A stretch of 64,000 nucleotides of DNA from a bacterium (lineage in GTDB: Bacteria; Bacteroidota; Ignavibacteria; SZUA-365): assembly GCA_020444325.1 (NCBI GenBank), contig JAHLLD010000014.1:41410-105409 (forward strand). The letters run 5' to 3'. The translations under genes and the position numbers were made by a program. A model generated the notes under the pieces. It did not search any database, was not told where the DNA came from, and was given only the letters and a program-made list of their open reading frames with translations. The first letter of the stretch is position 1, and each line of letters opens with the position of its first letter. Positions 26,122-37,105 of this stretch are shown here, in pieces.

Positions 26122-28839
26122 ATGACCATCCGAAGACTTGTTACAATATCCATACTTCTGCTTCTCCCACAGACGCTCATGCTGTCTCAGCAGAGGATCG
26201 TTGACAGTCTTCGCCAGCTGCCACAGGCGAAGGATGTGGAGCAACGAGCCGCTCAGCTGATATCCCTCAGCATCGCATACAGGGCGGTGAATTTCGCCCG
26301 GGCGGAGCAGCATGCGCGCGAAGCGGTGAAGCTGGCGGAACAGCTGCAGTCGCCCCGCGTTTCCGGACAGGCGCATGCAGCACTGGGCTGGGCCCTGGAG
26401 ATCGTGCGCAACAATGAGGCCGCCACGGCGCAATTTGAAATGGCACGAACATTTGCCCGGAGAGCCGGTGACGGCAGCACCGATGCCTCAGCATTGCGCG
26501 GCCTCGGCAAAATCGCTTACTACCGTGGTGATATCGCCGCTGCAATGCAGATGTACAGGCAGGCCTACCGGCAGTTTCGTGGAGAGGGAAACCCTGAGGG
26601 CGTGGTCCATGCCATGGTGGGGATTGGCACAATCCACACCTACCGTGGCAAGTATGACTCGGCAGAGGTGATGTTCAATGAGGCACGCGCGTTGAGCCGG
26701 GATCTCGACGACCACAGCGCCATCGCACGCTGTCTCGTCAAACTGGGTGACGTGCAGCGGAGACAGAGCAGCTACCCGGGAGCAGAGAAGCACTTTCAGG
26801 AGGGACTCTCCCTTTACCGGGCGGAAGGTGATTCAGCGGGAATCGCGCTTACGCTTTCCATGCTCGGATCCATCAATCTCAACCAGGGGAATTTCGTGCG
26901 GGCACGAAACTTCTTCGAGCGCAGCAAACGTATCTACGTGCAAATCGGGGATGTATGCGGAAAGGGAATCCTGCTCACGTACATCGGTCATCTGCACAAC
27001 ATCCAGGGGCGCTATGACAGCGCGCTCGAATGCTACCGTCGCAGCCTGGCGATCAACGAATCGCAGGGCAGCACCTCCCTCATTGTCGGATCCCTCCTCA
27101 GCATCGGAAATATTCTGTATCAGCAGAGTCATTACTCACGCGCGCTCGAAGCGTTTCAGCGCGGTCTCTCCATGAGTGATAAGGTCAACAACAAAGGGTT
27201 GAGTGCCTCCGCTCTGATTCATATCGGACGCATCCAGATGGATATGGGGCGATATGAGGCCGCGAAGGACAAGTTCCATCTCGCCACGGCGCTGTTCGAG
27301 GAACTGGAAGACGACGGTGCTGTCGCGGTCGGACTCTATCACTACGCCGATGTCTTGACCAAAGAGGGGAAGCAGGATGAGGCGTTGGAATACTATACCC
27401 GGGCGCTGCGCGCGTTCCAGGAAAGTAACGACAGACAGTATGTCGCCACCACGTACCACAGGATCGGCATGATACAGGCGAACAGGGGCGAGGTCACGGC
27501 TGCACTGACCTCACTCAACAAGAGCCTGCGCATTCGTGAGGCGCTGCAGGAACAATCGGGCATCGCCGAGGTGCTTACGGATCTCGGGGAAATACAGGCA
27601 TCCATGGGACGCTTTGATGCTGCGGTTGCACTGGCGGAACGTGCCTATCGCATTGCCGAAGGCATCGGCGCCATCGCCCAGATGAAGGATGCCTCGAAAA
27701 CACTGAGCACCGCATTCGCGGCAAAGAAAGACTTTTCAAACGCCTACCAGTACCAGCTGAAATATCAGGCGCACAAGGATTCCGTGCTGAATGTGGAGAA
27801 CATGAGGTCCATCAATGAGATGACAGCCCGGTATGAGGACGAAAAGAAAGAACAGAAAATTGCCCTGCTCGAGAAGGATCAGTTGCTGCAGTCCTCCCTC
27901 CTCGAGAAAGAAACGATCACGAGGAACGTCTTCGTCGTCGGCGTCGTCGTACTGCTGCTGCTGTCGGGACTGCTGCTGCACCGCTACCTGTATCGCAAAC
28001 GCACCAGCGAACAGCTCAGCAGCACGCTCGCTCAACTGAAACAGACGCAGGCCCAGCTCATTCATGCGGAGAAAATGGTGACGCTGGGCGAGATGACAGC
28101 GGGACTCGCACATGAGATCAAGAACCCGTTGAATTTCGTGACCAATTTCTCGGAGGTCGCCGGAGAGATGCTCACCGAACTCGACAATGCAGATGGAACG
28201 GCGCGGATGGCGATAAGCAGGGAACTGCGTGGCAACCTGGAGAAGATTCGCGAGCACGGACGCAGGGCGGATACCATCATACAGGGCATGATGCTGCACG
28301 CACGCGGCACCGCCGGTGACTGGACACATACGGATATGAACGAAGTGGTCGAATCCGCGGTACAGCTCGCGTACCACGGCATGCGCGCAACCCACCCATC
28401 CTTCGATTGTGAAATCATCCGGGATTATCATCCCTCCCCGCTCAACGCCAGAATTGTGTCACAGGAAATCAGCCGCGTCGTACTGAACCTGCTGAACAAT
28501 GCGATGTACGCCCTGCAGAAAACCTATCCCCCACTTCATGAGGGAAATGGACATCCCGGTGTCGAAGAAGAATCCCGTTGCATCTGGATCACAACGGTGC
28601 GCAGGGGTGCGGACGTAGAAATTCGTATCCGCGACAACGGCCCAGGAATTCCTGAGACCATAAGCCAGAAAATTTTCGAACCTTTCTTCACCACCAAGCC
28701 CACCGGCGAAGGAACGGGTCTCGGACTCTCAATGAGCTACGACATTATCGTCAACGGTCATGGCGGAAGCATTCACTGCGAGAACACCGCTGAAGGTGCG
28801 GAATTCACTATCACACTGCCGGCAAATACTGCCGCCTGA
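26122..28839 (+). CDS. TPR-repeat sensor histidine kinase (paralog 1)
   Basis: The ORF track gives 26017..28839. ATG 26122 gives [24 protein letters not shown]. About 570 aa of TPR-like repeats are followed by the TM helix [19 protein letters not shown]. Kinase motifs are the H-box [11 protein letters not shown], the N-box [15 protein letters not shown] and [12 protein letters not shown]. Confidence 0.9.
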   Translation: MTIRRLVTISILLLLPQTLMLSQQRIVDSLRQLPQAKDVEQRAAQLISLSIAYRAVNFARAEQHAREAVKLAEQLQSPRVSGQAHAALGWALEIVRNNEAATAQFEMARTFARRAGDGSTDASALRGLGKIAYYRGDIAAAMQMYRQAYRQFRGEGNPEGVVHAMVGIGTIHTYRGKYDSAEVMFNEARALSRDLDDHSAIARCLVKLGDVQRRQSSYPGAEKHFQEGLSLYRAEGDSAGIALTLSMLGSINLNQGNFVRARNFFERSKRIYVQIGDVCGKGILLTYIGHLHNIQGRYDSALECYRRSLAINESQGSTSLIVGSLLSIGNILYQQSHYSRALEAFQRGLSMSDKVNNKGLSASALIHIGRIQMDMGRYEAAKDKFHLATALFEELEDDGAVAVGLYHYADVLTKEGKQDEALEYYTRALRAFQESNDRQYVATTYHRIGMIQANRGEVTAALTSLNKSLRIREALQEQSGIAEVLTDLGEIQASMGRFDAAVALAERAYRIAEGIGAIAQMKDASKTLSTAFAAKKDFSNAYQYQLKYQAHKDSVLNVENMRSINEMTARYEDEKKEQKIALLEKDQLLQSSLLEKETITRNVFVVGVVVLLLLSGLLLHRYLYRKRTSEQLSSTLAQLKQTQAQLIHAEKMVTLGEMTAGLAHEIKNPLNFVTNFSEVAGEMLTELDNADGTARMAISRELRGNLEKIREHGRRADTIIQGMMLHARGTAGDWTHTDMNEVVESAVQLAYHGMRATHPSFDCEIIRDYHPSPLNARIVSQEISRVVLNLLNNAMYALQKTYPPLHEGNGHPGVEEESRCIWITTVRRGADVEIRIRDNGPGIPETISQKIFEPFFTTKPTGEGTGLGLSMSYDIIVNGHGGSIHCENTAEGAEFTITLPANTAA

Positions 28840-28887
28840 GCCCACACCACCCTTTCCCTTTGGAATCTGATCAATATGCGACGCCTG

Positions 28888-29418
28888 CTAGAGGTCGTCA
28901 GGCGCATTGATTTTGATGACTTTGCCGATAATCTGCGACTTGTGGATGGGACCATCATACCGGCTGTCGACGGCTTCGGCCGTATTGTCGCCGATGACGA
29001 AATACTCATCATCTTTCAGCTTCACGGTCAACGTCATACTGCTGTCCCTGCTGATACCGATGATCTCTGTGGGCTGTCCGTCAGCGTAAATGGTGTCGCC
29101 GCGCAGTGTGATCATTTCATTCGGAAGTCCGGCCACCCTGAATACGAACGTCCATTTCGGATTCACGTTTGGACGATAACAGATAATGTCTTTCCGCTCA
29201 ACGGCGGCATTCTCATACACCGCTTCATCAACGATAACGGTGGCGCCTTCGGGAATGGTAGGCTCCATTGATGCTGACGACATCGTATAGCGCCGCTCCG
29301 AACAGCCGCTCACCATGAAACCGATTCCGATGAGAATCAGCATGCCGGCTCGGATGGATGTTGAGAAGAATGCAGTCTGCCAGACAGCCCGCATTGGGAC
29401 GGACACCTTTCTCATCAC
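28888..29418 (-). CDS. short S26-family signal peptidase I-like protein (catalytic Lys position is Phe)
   Basis: It has an N-terminal TM helix, the Ser box SSASMEPTIPEG and box E VIGDNTAEAVDSRYDGPI. The segment RKDIICYRPNVNPKWTFVFRVAGLPNEMI aligns with E. coli LepB [29 protein letters not shown] and places Phe where Lys145 sits. The start may be ATG 29415 rather than GTG 29418. Confidence 0.75.
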   Translation of the reverse strand: MMRKVSVPMRAVWQTAFFSTSIRAGMLILIGIGFMVSGCSERRYTMSSASMEPTIPEGATVIVDEAVYENAAVERKDIICYRPNVNPKWTFVFRVAGLPNEMITLRGDTIYADGQPTEIIGISRDSSMTLTVKLKDDEYFVIGDNTAEAVDSRYDGPIHKSQIIGKVIKINAPDDL

Positions 29419-29472
29419 AGTACCTCAATCGCTGTGTTACCGTGGGATAAATCGCTGAAATATACTCAACTC

Positions 29473-29520
29473 TGTAAAAAAAATTGCGCCCCTGTCCACT
29501 GGAGAAATGGACAGGGGCGC
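29473..29520 (-). terminator. intrinsic terminator of the S8 protease gene
   Basis: GCGCCCCTGTCCA (29486-29498) pairs with TGGACAGGGGCGC (29508-29520), a 13-bp stem. On the minus strand it is followed by a run of 8 T (plus-strand A-run 29476-29483). Confidence 0.8.
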
Positions 29521-29545
29521 AGTACATATGCGCGTGATGGACTGA

Positions 29546-32500
29546 TTATTTCATCAGTACCATGCGACGCTGAAGCTGTACGTCACCGGACTGCAGCGTG
29601 CACATGTAGGTGCCGCTTGGGAGTCCCGTGGCGTTGAAAACGACTTCGTGCGTTCCCGCATAGTGCATGCCTTCAGCGAGCACAGCGACCTGGCGTCCGA
29701 ACAGATCATGGACGACAACACGCGCTGCAGCCGCCTCCGGAAGCGTGTAGCGGATGACGGTCGTGGGATTGAAGGGGTTGGGGTAGTTCTGCGACAGCGT
29801 GATCTGTTCAGGGATTGCCTCCTCGCGATCAGACTTCGGGAACCACGGGTGTGCAATGGCGAAGGGACCATTGAAATTGGTAAGTCCACTCGCCTCGACA
29901 TAGTTCTCGTAGGGATTGGAACTGCCACCGAGGCTTGTCCAGAAGTTGAGCGGACGCTGCCATACGGTGAGTGCGGACGGCTTCGTGATGAGCCCGGCCG
30001 CTTCGGTGTCAGTGTAGTACAGTCGCACATCCACGTTCGAGCCGCTCGATCCACTGCTCATGGTGAAATAACGGTTGACATAGCGGATGCGTGTCAGTCC
30101 CTGGGGCACGCTGCACGAATACATGTTGACCGTGAAGCTGCTGATGGGACCAGCGTTGCTCTTCACCTCAGCGATCTTCTGACCGCTGCTGTTGAGGAAG
30201 GGCGTCCAGCTCGTACCCACCGAGCGCGTCACCGTGACGGTGCCGATCGGCTGAATCTCGATGCTGACCGTGATGGTGTAGGGCGAATTGAACGCCGGAA
30301 CATTCGTGGCACTGTTCCAGCCGATAAGGGTAATCATGCGAGTTACCGTTCCCGTGGGAAGGAAACGCGGATCGACCGCGAAGACGAGTTCGTCGCCTTC
30401 ATAACCGCTGGCGTTCACGAGCGTAATTTCGCCGGCTGTCGTGCTGGCGGTCCACTGCAGCTTTCCGCCCGCAAAGTTGCCACCGCTGTTCTCGATGAGG
30501 ATGCTCTTCGTCACTACCGTGGGACGCTTGCAGGCGCCGGATACGACGACGAAGGATGCGGCGGGATCGAACTCAACGCGCGGCACCACCTCGAATACGG
30601 AGGTGCACTGTGAGCTGTTGCCGTTGCCGTCATCCACGGTGTAGGTGACTGTCGTTTTCCCGACACCAACAATGGAGCTGGGGGCGGGACTCTGTGAGAG
30701 AATCAACGCCGCTGACGGGGTACAGTTATCCGTTGCCACGATCTGTCCGCGCATATCCGGCAGGACAGCTTCGTTGTTGGCGTCGCCTTCGACGGATTGG
30801 TTTGAGGCGCAGGTGATGATTTTCGGAGCCTCACGATCTTCCACGGTCACCATCTGCGTGTCCGTTGTCTGGTTGCCTGAGCCATCGGTCACCGTCCACG
30901 TCACCGTCGTCACGCCCTTGGGATACACCGAAGGACCATTGTTGGTCACGGAAATGCCCTTGGGACAGTTGTCACCATAAAGCGGCTTGCCGAGGTTGAA
31001 CGAGGACGCGCTGGTGGAGCACAGCCCCGGATCGGTTGCGACAACGACATCGGGCGGTGCGGTGATAGTAGGCGGTTCGATATCGATCACGGTCACGATC
31101 TGCGTGGCGGTGGACTTGTTGCCTCCACCGTCTGTCGCCGTCCATGTCACGGTGGTGTTGCCCAGTGGATACACCGGTGGAGCGTTGTTGCTCACAACGA
31201 CGCTTGCAGGACAGTCGTCCGTTGTAATTGGTGTCCCGAGATTCACCAGCGACGCATCGATCTCACACACGCCCGGGGATGCAGGCACGGTAATATCAAG
31301 CGGCGCCGTGATGGTCGGGGGCACGACGTCCACGATTTCCACGATCTGCTGCGCGGTCGCCTGGTTGCCCGATCCGTCCGTCGCCGTCCATGTCACCGTC
31401 GTGATGCCATTCGGGAATATCGCCGGAGCGTCGTTTCCGTATATGAGTCCAACAGGACAGTTATCCGACACCACCGGGGTTCCGAGGTTAACGTTCAAGG
31501 CACTGCGTTCACAGACGCCAGGATCGTTGGGATACTTCACGTTGGCAGGAGCGGTGATCTTCGGCGCTTCGATATCCGTCACAATGACGATCTGAATGTT
31601 CGTACCCTTGTTCCCTGCCCCATCGGTAGCCGTCCACGTCACCACCGTAACTCCCAGCGGGAAGGATGCCGGTGCGTCGTTTGTTACGGTGACGCTGAGC
31701 GGACAATCGTCCGTCGTGCTCGGTGTCCCAAGGTTCGCCTGTGCCAGGGGAACCGAACAGGTTCCCGGCAGCGTGTTCAGGGTAGTGAGAGGATTAGGGG
31801 TAATGGTAGGTGCCACGACATCCTGAATCGTCACGGTCTGCGTTGCACTGGCCTGGTTGTTGTTTCCATCCGTCACTGTCCACGTCACCGTGGTCACACC
31901 ATTCGGGAAGACCAGCGGCGCATCGTTTGTGACAACGTAGTTGGGGCAATTGTCCGCCACCGTCGGCGTACCGAGCACGACATTGGCAGCATTACGCTCG
32001 CACACGCCAGGGTCATTCGGGTAGGTAACCGCAGCCGGAGCGGTGATCGTCGGATGTGTGGTATCGGTCACGCATATCGATGAGACTGCCGCCTGCACGG
32101 CGTTGTATGCGTTGATGCGTCCGTATCCGAGTTCGTTCGACCAGGTGCCGTTCGGCTGTCCGGCAACGTTGGCGGTGTAGGTGTACCCCCCGACTTTCTC
32201 TGTCGTTGTTTCAAGAATCTGCCGGGCCTGCGTATGGCTGAGCAGCGGATTGACCGAGTAAATGAGCGCCATGACACCGGCGGCATTCGGACAGGCACTC
32301 GACGTGCCGTTAAACGTCGCATAGTAGTCGCCGCTGTTGTAGCCGGCGGCGCCACTGATATCCGTCGTGTAGATCTTCACGCCCGGTGCAGCGATATCGA
32401 GATTTGTGCCATAGTCACTTCCCCACCAGGTTTCACCGTCGCAGGAGGTCGGCGATTTGCGTTCCTCGCACATGCTCATGGCGGCCACCGCGATGGTGGA

Positions 32501-33763
32501 ATTGTAATTCGCGGGATAACTCACCGTACCGTTGCCGTTGCCGGCGGAGAAGAGAACGGAAGCACCGAGCCCGCCGCGTCCCTGCGTAATCGCGTTGTCG
32601 ATCGCGGTATTGATCAGGGATGATGGACTGCCACCTCCCCAGGAATTACTCAGGACGTCCGCCCCCGCATTGTTCCACGCCCAGTTGATGGCGGTGGCGA
32701 TCCAGGAATTCGAGGTCACCCATTGGCCGCTGCCGTTGTCGTACGCGATACGGATCGGAATAATCTTACAGTTGTACGCAACACCGGCGATGCCGGTATT
32801 GTTGTTGCCTACGGCTGCGACGATGCCGGCACAGGCAGTACCGTGTGCGTCATCGTTTGAAGGACCACCGCCACTCCCGTTTCCGGTTGCGTCATAGCCT
32901 GAAAGCATATTCGCAGCCAGATCGGGATGCGTAAGGTCTGTGCCTTCATCAAGGATGGCCACTTTCACATTGGGTGATCCTGTGGAGATCGACCACGCGT
33001 TGAACACCTCCATGTCGGCTCCTGCCGTACCGTTGTACTGGATGGCGGAGCCGGTATTGTTCAGCGCCCACTGGTACGCAAGGTAGGTGTCATTTGTGTT
33101 CATACGCTTGAGCAGCATGAGGAAGTCCGGTTCGGCATACGTAAAACGACCGCTTTCCTCGAACAGCCGGGAGAGTTCGAAGGCATTGCCGTCAGCGTTT
33201 TTATCCGCACTCAGGACGTACACCTTCGGATCGAAGGAATAATTCTCAACCACGGTTGCGCCATGTTCCCGTGCCATGCTCTCGAGCATGTCACGATCTG
33301 CCTCACTGCGGAGTTTCACATGGAAGCGATCCTGCACGCCCATGAGCGTGCCGTCCTCATACGCGAGGAAAGGATTCGCATAGCGCACTTCCGGCATCGC
33401 GTTCAGGCGCGCCAGAAGTTCGACGACTTCCTGTTCGGAGATGCCTTTGCGCAGTTTGACCTGCACGACACGTGGGGACGGAAGGAACTCATTTCCCGTC
33501 AGAGGCGCGATCGCATTGTCGAGCTGCAGCATGTCCCTCTGCTGCTCCATGGGAATTTCCTCACGAAACTGGATGAGGACATAGGCGGTGGAAAGCACGA
33601 ACTGTGAGCGTCCGGCCTCCGTATCGAGCACCAGCCGCTGTGAACTGAAGCGCTCAAGATCAAACGGCGCAGCACCCTGTGCAAACGCAGCTGGCGCGAG
33701 TCCAGCCGATGCGCAGAGCAACAGCGCCATCGACAACATATATTGTATCAGGGAACGTCTCAT
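29546..33763 (-). CDS. subtilisin-like S8 serine protease with six HYR domains and a T9SS C-terminal sorting domain
   Basis: The ORF track gives 29546..33781. ATG 33763 follows AGGAG. The signal peptide is ..APAAFA|Q, followed by an inhibitor-I9-like propeptide. The triad motifs are VAILDEGTD, DDAHGTACAG and NGTSSACPNAAG. Six units of about 82 aa follow the pattern AP.ITAP....(Y/V)P.D.G.C......LGTP...DNCP.....N..P..FP.G.T.VTWT.TDG.GN. The CTD reads NYPNPFNPTTVIRYTL...GTYMCTLQSGDVQLQRRMVLMK. Confidence 0.9.
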   Translation of the reverse strand: MRRSLIQYMLSMALLLCASAGLAPAAFAQGAAPFDLERFSSQRLVLDTEAGRSQFVLSTAYVLIQFREEIPMEQQRDMLQLDNAIAPLTGNEFLPSPRVVQVKLRKGISEQEVVELLARLNAMPEVRYANPFLAYEDGTLMGVQDRFHVKLRSEADRDMLESMAREHGATVVENYSFDPKVYVLSADKNADGNAFELSRLFEESGRFTYAEPDFLMLLKRMNTNDTYLAYQWALNNTGSAIQYNGTAGADMEVFNAWSISTGSPNVKVAILDEGTDLTHPDLAANMLSGYDATGNGSGGGPSNDDAHGTACAGIVAAVGNNNTGIAGVAYNCKIIPIRIAYDNGSGQWVTSNSWIATAINWAWNNAGADVLSNSWGGGSPSSLINTAIDNAITQGRGGLGASVLFSAGNGNGTVSYPANYNSTIAVAAMSMCEERKSPTSCDGETWWGSDYGTNLDIAAPGVKIYTTDISGAAGYNSGDYYATFNGTSSACPNAAGVMALIYSVNPLLSHTQARQILETTTEKVGGYTYTANVAGQPNGTWSNELGYGRINAYNAVQAAVSSICVTDTTHPTITAPAAVTYPNDPGVCERNAANVVLGTPTVADNCPNYVVTNDAPLVFPNGVTTVTWTVTDGNNNQASATQTVTIQDVVAPTITPNPLTTLNTLPGTCSVPLAQANLGTPSTTDDCPLSVTVTNDAPASFPLGVTVVTWTATDGAGNKGTNIQIVIVTDIEAPKITAPANVKYPNDPGVCERSALNVNLGTPVVSDNCPVGLIYGNDAPAIFPNGITTVTWTATDGSGNQATAQQIVEIVDVVPPTITAPLDITVPASPGVCEIDASLVNLGTPITTDDCPASVVVSNNAPPVYPLGNTTVTWTATDGGGNKSTATQIVTVIDIEPPTITAPPDVVVATDPGLCSTSASSFNLGKPLYGDNCPKGISVTNNGPSVYPKGVTTVTWTVTDGSGNQTTDTQMVTVEDREAPKIITCASNQSVEGDANNEAVLPDMRGQIVATDNCTPSAALILSQSPAPSSIVGVGKTTVTYTVDDGNGNSSQCTSVFEVVPRVEFDPAASFVVVSGACKRPTVVTKSILIENSGGNFAGGKLQWTASTTAGEITLVNASGYEGDELVFAVDPRFLPTGTVTRMITLIGWNSATNVPAFNSPYTITVSIEIQPIGTVTVTRSVGTSWTPFLNSSGQKIAEVKSNAGPISSFTVNMYSCSVPQGLTRIRYVNRYFTMSSGSSGSNVDVRLYYTDTEAAGLITKPSALTVWQRPLNFWTSLGGSSNPYENYVEASGLTNFNGPFAIAHPWFPKSDREEAIPEQITLSQNYPNPFNPTTVIRYTLPEAAAARVVVHDLFGRQVAVLAEGMHYAGTHEVVFNATGLPSGTYMCTLQSGDVQLQRRMVLMK
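30584..32065 (-). repeat. array of six tandem HYR-domain-coding repeats inside the S8 protease gene
   Basis: Residues of about 573-1066 in the 1411-aa ORF-track numbering. The repeat boundaries were read from the recurring (V/I)(D/E)..(A/P)P.IT motif. Confidence 0.7.
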
Positions 33764-34176
33764 GGATTCTCCTTCTATCATTGATATACCTCAGGCAAGT
33801 CGGGCGGGGTTATTCACCACGGCGTGGCGCAGGGCTGCGGATTTCTCCGGCGCTCATTTTCAAACGCGGCACCCTCTCCGAAACATGAATTGAATTGACG
33901 TAGGGGAATTATACGACAATCGGGACAGAAATAAAATCGTTGTTTTCTTTTTTTGTTTCGCCTCCGCACATGGATACGACAGGATCGTCACTGTTGATTG
34001 CCAGCTTCCACCGTCCTACATTACCTATCATTCTGTCTATGTAATTGAGGCGTTACTCCCAGGGCAGTGTAGAACTGTGGCCCGGGATGCCGCCTCGCAT
34101 TCGTGCCGGACGCATGCACGCACGTTGCGGTGTATCGGCGAAGTACAACACGCTCCCAAGCCCTCTACAGGAGTCC

Positions 34177-36915
34177 ATGGTTTACAGGAATCTCTTGCTC
34201 TTGCTTTGCAGTGCCTTTGTTCTGACCACTCCTGCAAGTGCTCAGCAGAGCCGTATTGACAGCTTGCATCTGAGGCTTCGAAGTGTGAATCAGGGGGACG
34301 CACGGCTGCATGTGTTGATTGCGCTCTGCAATGCGTACAGGACGCAGCAGCTGCAGACATCCGAGGAGTTTGGCGAGCGCGCAGTCGCCCTTGCGGAAAA
34401 ATCACAATCCGCTTCCCTGCACGCAGCCGCATATGCAGCACTCGGGTGGACCCTGGAGGCGAGGCGGCGGAATATGCGGGCGGAAAAATGTTTCAATACT
34501 GCGCGTGACAATGCCGAGAATGCAAATGAGAAACGCCTCATTGCATCGGCGCTCAGGGGACTCGGGAACGTGGCGCTCAATATGAGCAAGGCCGATGACG
34601 CCATGCGGAAATTCAAAGCTGCGCTGCAACTGTTCGAGCAAAGCGGCGATTTCGCCGGTACCGCACGAACATTGATGAATATCGGCATAGTCCATCGTTC
34701 AAGGGGGAAGTATGACGATGCGCTCGCAGTATATGAACGTGCCCGCGACCTGGGGCACAGGTATCACGATACCTCCATCAAGGCCCGTGCACTCATCGAA
34801 CTCGGCAACATATACCGGCGACAGGGGGAGTATGAAACCGCGCTGACAGATTTGCGAGATGGGCTGCAGATGTTCGAAGACCTCGGGGACTATACAGGAA
34901 TTGCCGATACACGCATCATGCTCGGCTCGATCGACCTTAACAGAGGTGAGATTACGCCGGCCATGGATTCCTTTCAGCAATCTCTTGAACTCTACCGGGA
35001 TATTGGAGACGCGTCAGCTGTTGCCAATGCTCTCACCTACATAGGCCACCTTCACAATATCCAGGGCCGCTACAACGAGGCATTGAAAATCTATCGTCGT
35101 GGGCTCGCACTCAACGACTCACTCGGCAATAAAGTCCAGGTTGTCGGTTCACTCCTGAGTATTGGCAATATCCTGTTCCAGCAGAGCAGCTACACGCAGG
35201 CGCTGCAGGCGTTTCAACGTGGCCTTAAATACAGTGAAGAGGTTGGCGCGAAGGGCTTACAGGCGTCCGCCCTTATCCATATCGGACGCATTGAAATGGA
35301 TCTGGACCGGTATTCGAAGGCACTGGAAAAATTTCGACGCAGCACGGAGCTGTTTATGGAGCTCGGGGACCAGGGCGCCGCCGCTGTGAGCCGTTATCAC
35401 ATCGCCGACGTATACATGCGCCAGGGGAAAAACATGACAGCCCTGAAGCAGTACAAACTTGCATTGCGCACACTGGAGAAAGACGGTGATCGACAATATC
35501 TCGCTGTCACGCTCCATCGAATCGGGAAAATTCGTTTGTTGCAGGGGGATTACACCCTGGCACTCACATCATTGAACCGCAGCCTCGTGATAAGGGAGGA
35601 GCTGCAGGAACGTGCAGGAATCGCTGAAGTGTTGACGGACCTTGGGATCATCAACGAGAAACTGGGCCGCACAGATTCCGCGATAGCACTGGTGCTGCGA
35701 GCATATACCATCTCAGGAGATATCGGCGAAATCACGCGGCAGCGCGAAGCCGCAAAAACGTTGAGTGATATTTATAAGAAAGTGAAAGATTACGAAAAGG
35801 CGTACAAGTATCAGTCCGCCTTTATCACGTTCAACGATTCGCTGATGAACGTACAGAATATCAAATCCATCAGCGAGATGTCTGCGAAATATGAATCCGA
35901 AAGTCGCGACCAGAGAATTGCCCTCCTGGAAAAGGACAAAACACTGCAGGATCTTCAACTGGGGCGAGAAACCATCACACGAAACGTCTCCATCGCCGGA
36001 GTCATTGTCCTTCTGCTCGTCTCTGGCCTGTTGTTCCACCGCTATCTCTATAGAAGGCGGGCGAGCGTTAAGCTGACCAAGACTCTCGTGCAGCTTCGTC
36101 AGACACAGGCGCAGCTCATCCATGTCGAAAAGATGGTAACGCTCGGTGAGATGACCGCAGGACTTGCACACGAGATCAAAAACCCGCTGAACTTTGTAAC
36201 GAACTTCTCGGATTCTGCAGTGGAGCTGATCGATGACCTGGAAAGTCTGCCGGGCAGCGATACTCGCATGCATATCACCGGGGAGATCCGTGAGGCTCTG
36301 AATAAGATTCGCGAGCACGGGAAGCGTGCAAACAATATCGTACAGGGCATGATGCTTCATGCACGCACCGGTACGGGAGACTGGGTTCAGATCGATATCA
36401 ACACCCTGGTGGAAGAAGCCGTGCGCTTCGCGTACCACGGTATGCAGGTAAATCATCCCGAATTCGATGTCCACTTTGAACGCAGTTTTCATGAAGGTCC
36501 CATCGAGGCGAAAGTCGTACCACAGGATCTCAGCCGTGTCATGCTCAATCTTCTCAACAATGCCATGGACGCCGTTCGTGAAGCGCCGCAGTTCGCACAT
36601 ATCATGGACCGGGATGGTGACGATACTCGCCCTGCCGAACATCCACATCTGAGAGAGCGTCTCCCCACCGTTTGGGTAAGCACAGCCATCCAAGGGGACA
36701 AGATACTGATACGAGTCCGTGACAACGGTCCCGGTGTCCCCGAAGGCATCAAAAGCAAGATCTTCCAGCCGTTTTTCAGTACCAAGGAATCGAGCGAGAG
36801 AACCGGTCTCGGGCTCTCCATCAGCTACGATATTATTGTTGCGGGACATGGTGGAAGTATCGACTGCAACAGCAGCGACGAGGGTACGGAATTCGTCATC
36901 ACCCTACCGGCATAA
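34177..36915 (+). CDS. TPR-repeat sensor histidine kinase (paralog 2)
   Basis: The ORF track gives 34045..36915. ATG 34177 follows CAGGAG and gives MVYRNLLLLLCSAFVLTTPASAQQ. It is collinear with 26122..28839 along its full length (for example [13 protein letters not shown].., [47 protein letters not shown]). Confidence 0.9.
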   Translation: MVYRNLLLLLCSAFVLTTPASAQQSRIDSLHLRLRSVNQGDARLHVLIALCNAYRTQQLQTSEEFGERAVALAEKSQSASLHAAAYAALGWTLEARRRNMRAEKCFNTARDNAENANEKRLIASALRGLGNVALNMSKADDAMRKFKAALQLFEQSGDFAGTARTLMNIGIVHRSRGKYDDALAVYERARDLGHRYHDTSIKARALIELGNIYRRQGEYETALTDLRDGLQMFEDLGDYTGIADTRIMLGSIDLNRGEITPAMDSFQQSLELYRDIGDASAVANALTYIGHLHNIQGRYNEALKIYRRGLALNDSLGNKVQVVGSLLSIGNILFQQSSYTQALQAFQRGLKYSEEVGAKGLQASALIHIGRIEMDLDRYSKALEKFRRSTELFMELGDQGAAAVSRYHIADVYMRQGKNMTALKQYKLALRTLEKDGDRQYLAVTLHRIGKIRLLQGDYTLALTSLNRSLVIREELQERAGIAEVLTDLGIINEKLGRTDSAIALVLRAYTISGDIGEITRQREAAKTLSDIYKKVKDYEKAYKYQSAFITFNDSLMNVQNIKSISEMSAKYESESRDQRIALLEKDKTLQDLQLGRETITRNVSIAGVIVLLLVSGLLFHRYLYRRRASVKLTKTLVQLRQTQAQLIHVEKMVTLGEMTAGLAHEIKNPLNFVTNFSDSAVELIDDLESLPGSDTRMHITGEIREALNKIREHGKRANNIVQGMMLHARTGTGDWVQIDINTLVEEAVRFAYHGMQVNHPEFDVHFERSFHEGPIEAKVVPQDLSRVMLNLLNNAMDAVREAPQFAHIMDRDGDDTRPAEHPHLRERLPTVWVSTAIQGDKILIRVRDNGPGVPEGIKSKIFQPFFSTKESSERTGLGLSISYDIIVAGHGGSIDCNSSDEGTEFVITLPA

Positions 36916-36927
36916 CCTCGCACATCA

Positions 36928-36955
36928 GGAAATATGCAGTTTCTGCATATTTTTT
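36928..36955 (+). terminator. palindromic intergenic element, copy 7 (GGAAATATGCAG-TTT-CTGCATATTTTTT), plausibly acting as the terminator of the kinase gene
   Basis: It has the same core as the other copies in the opposite spacer orientation. It starts 13 nt after the stop at 36915 and runs into a run of 6 T. Confidence 0.65.
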
Positions 36956-37105
36956 CGACTCCGAGCAATCAGTATCCCCGCAACCGCTCTGCCGAGGTGG
37001 ACTTCTGCTTTGCTTTCTTCAGATCCCATTCCCGTACACTGATAAAACAAGCGGAGAGGCTTGTCCAATATACATGGGACTCCGCAAAAGCCGATGCGTA
37101 TCCGA

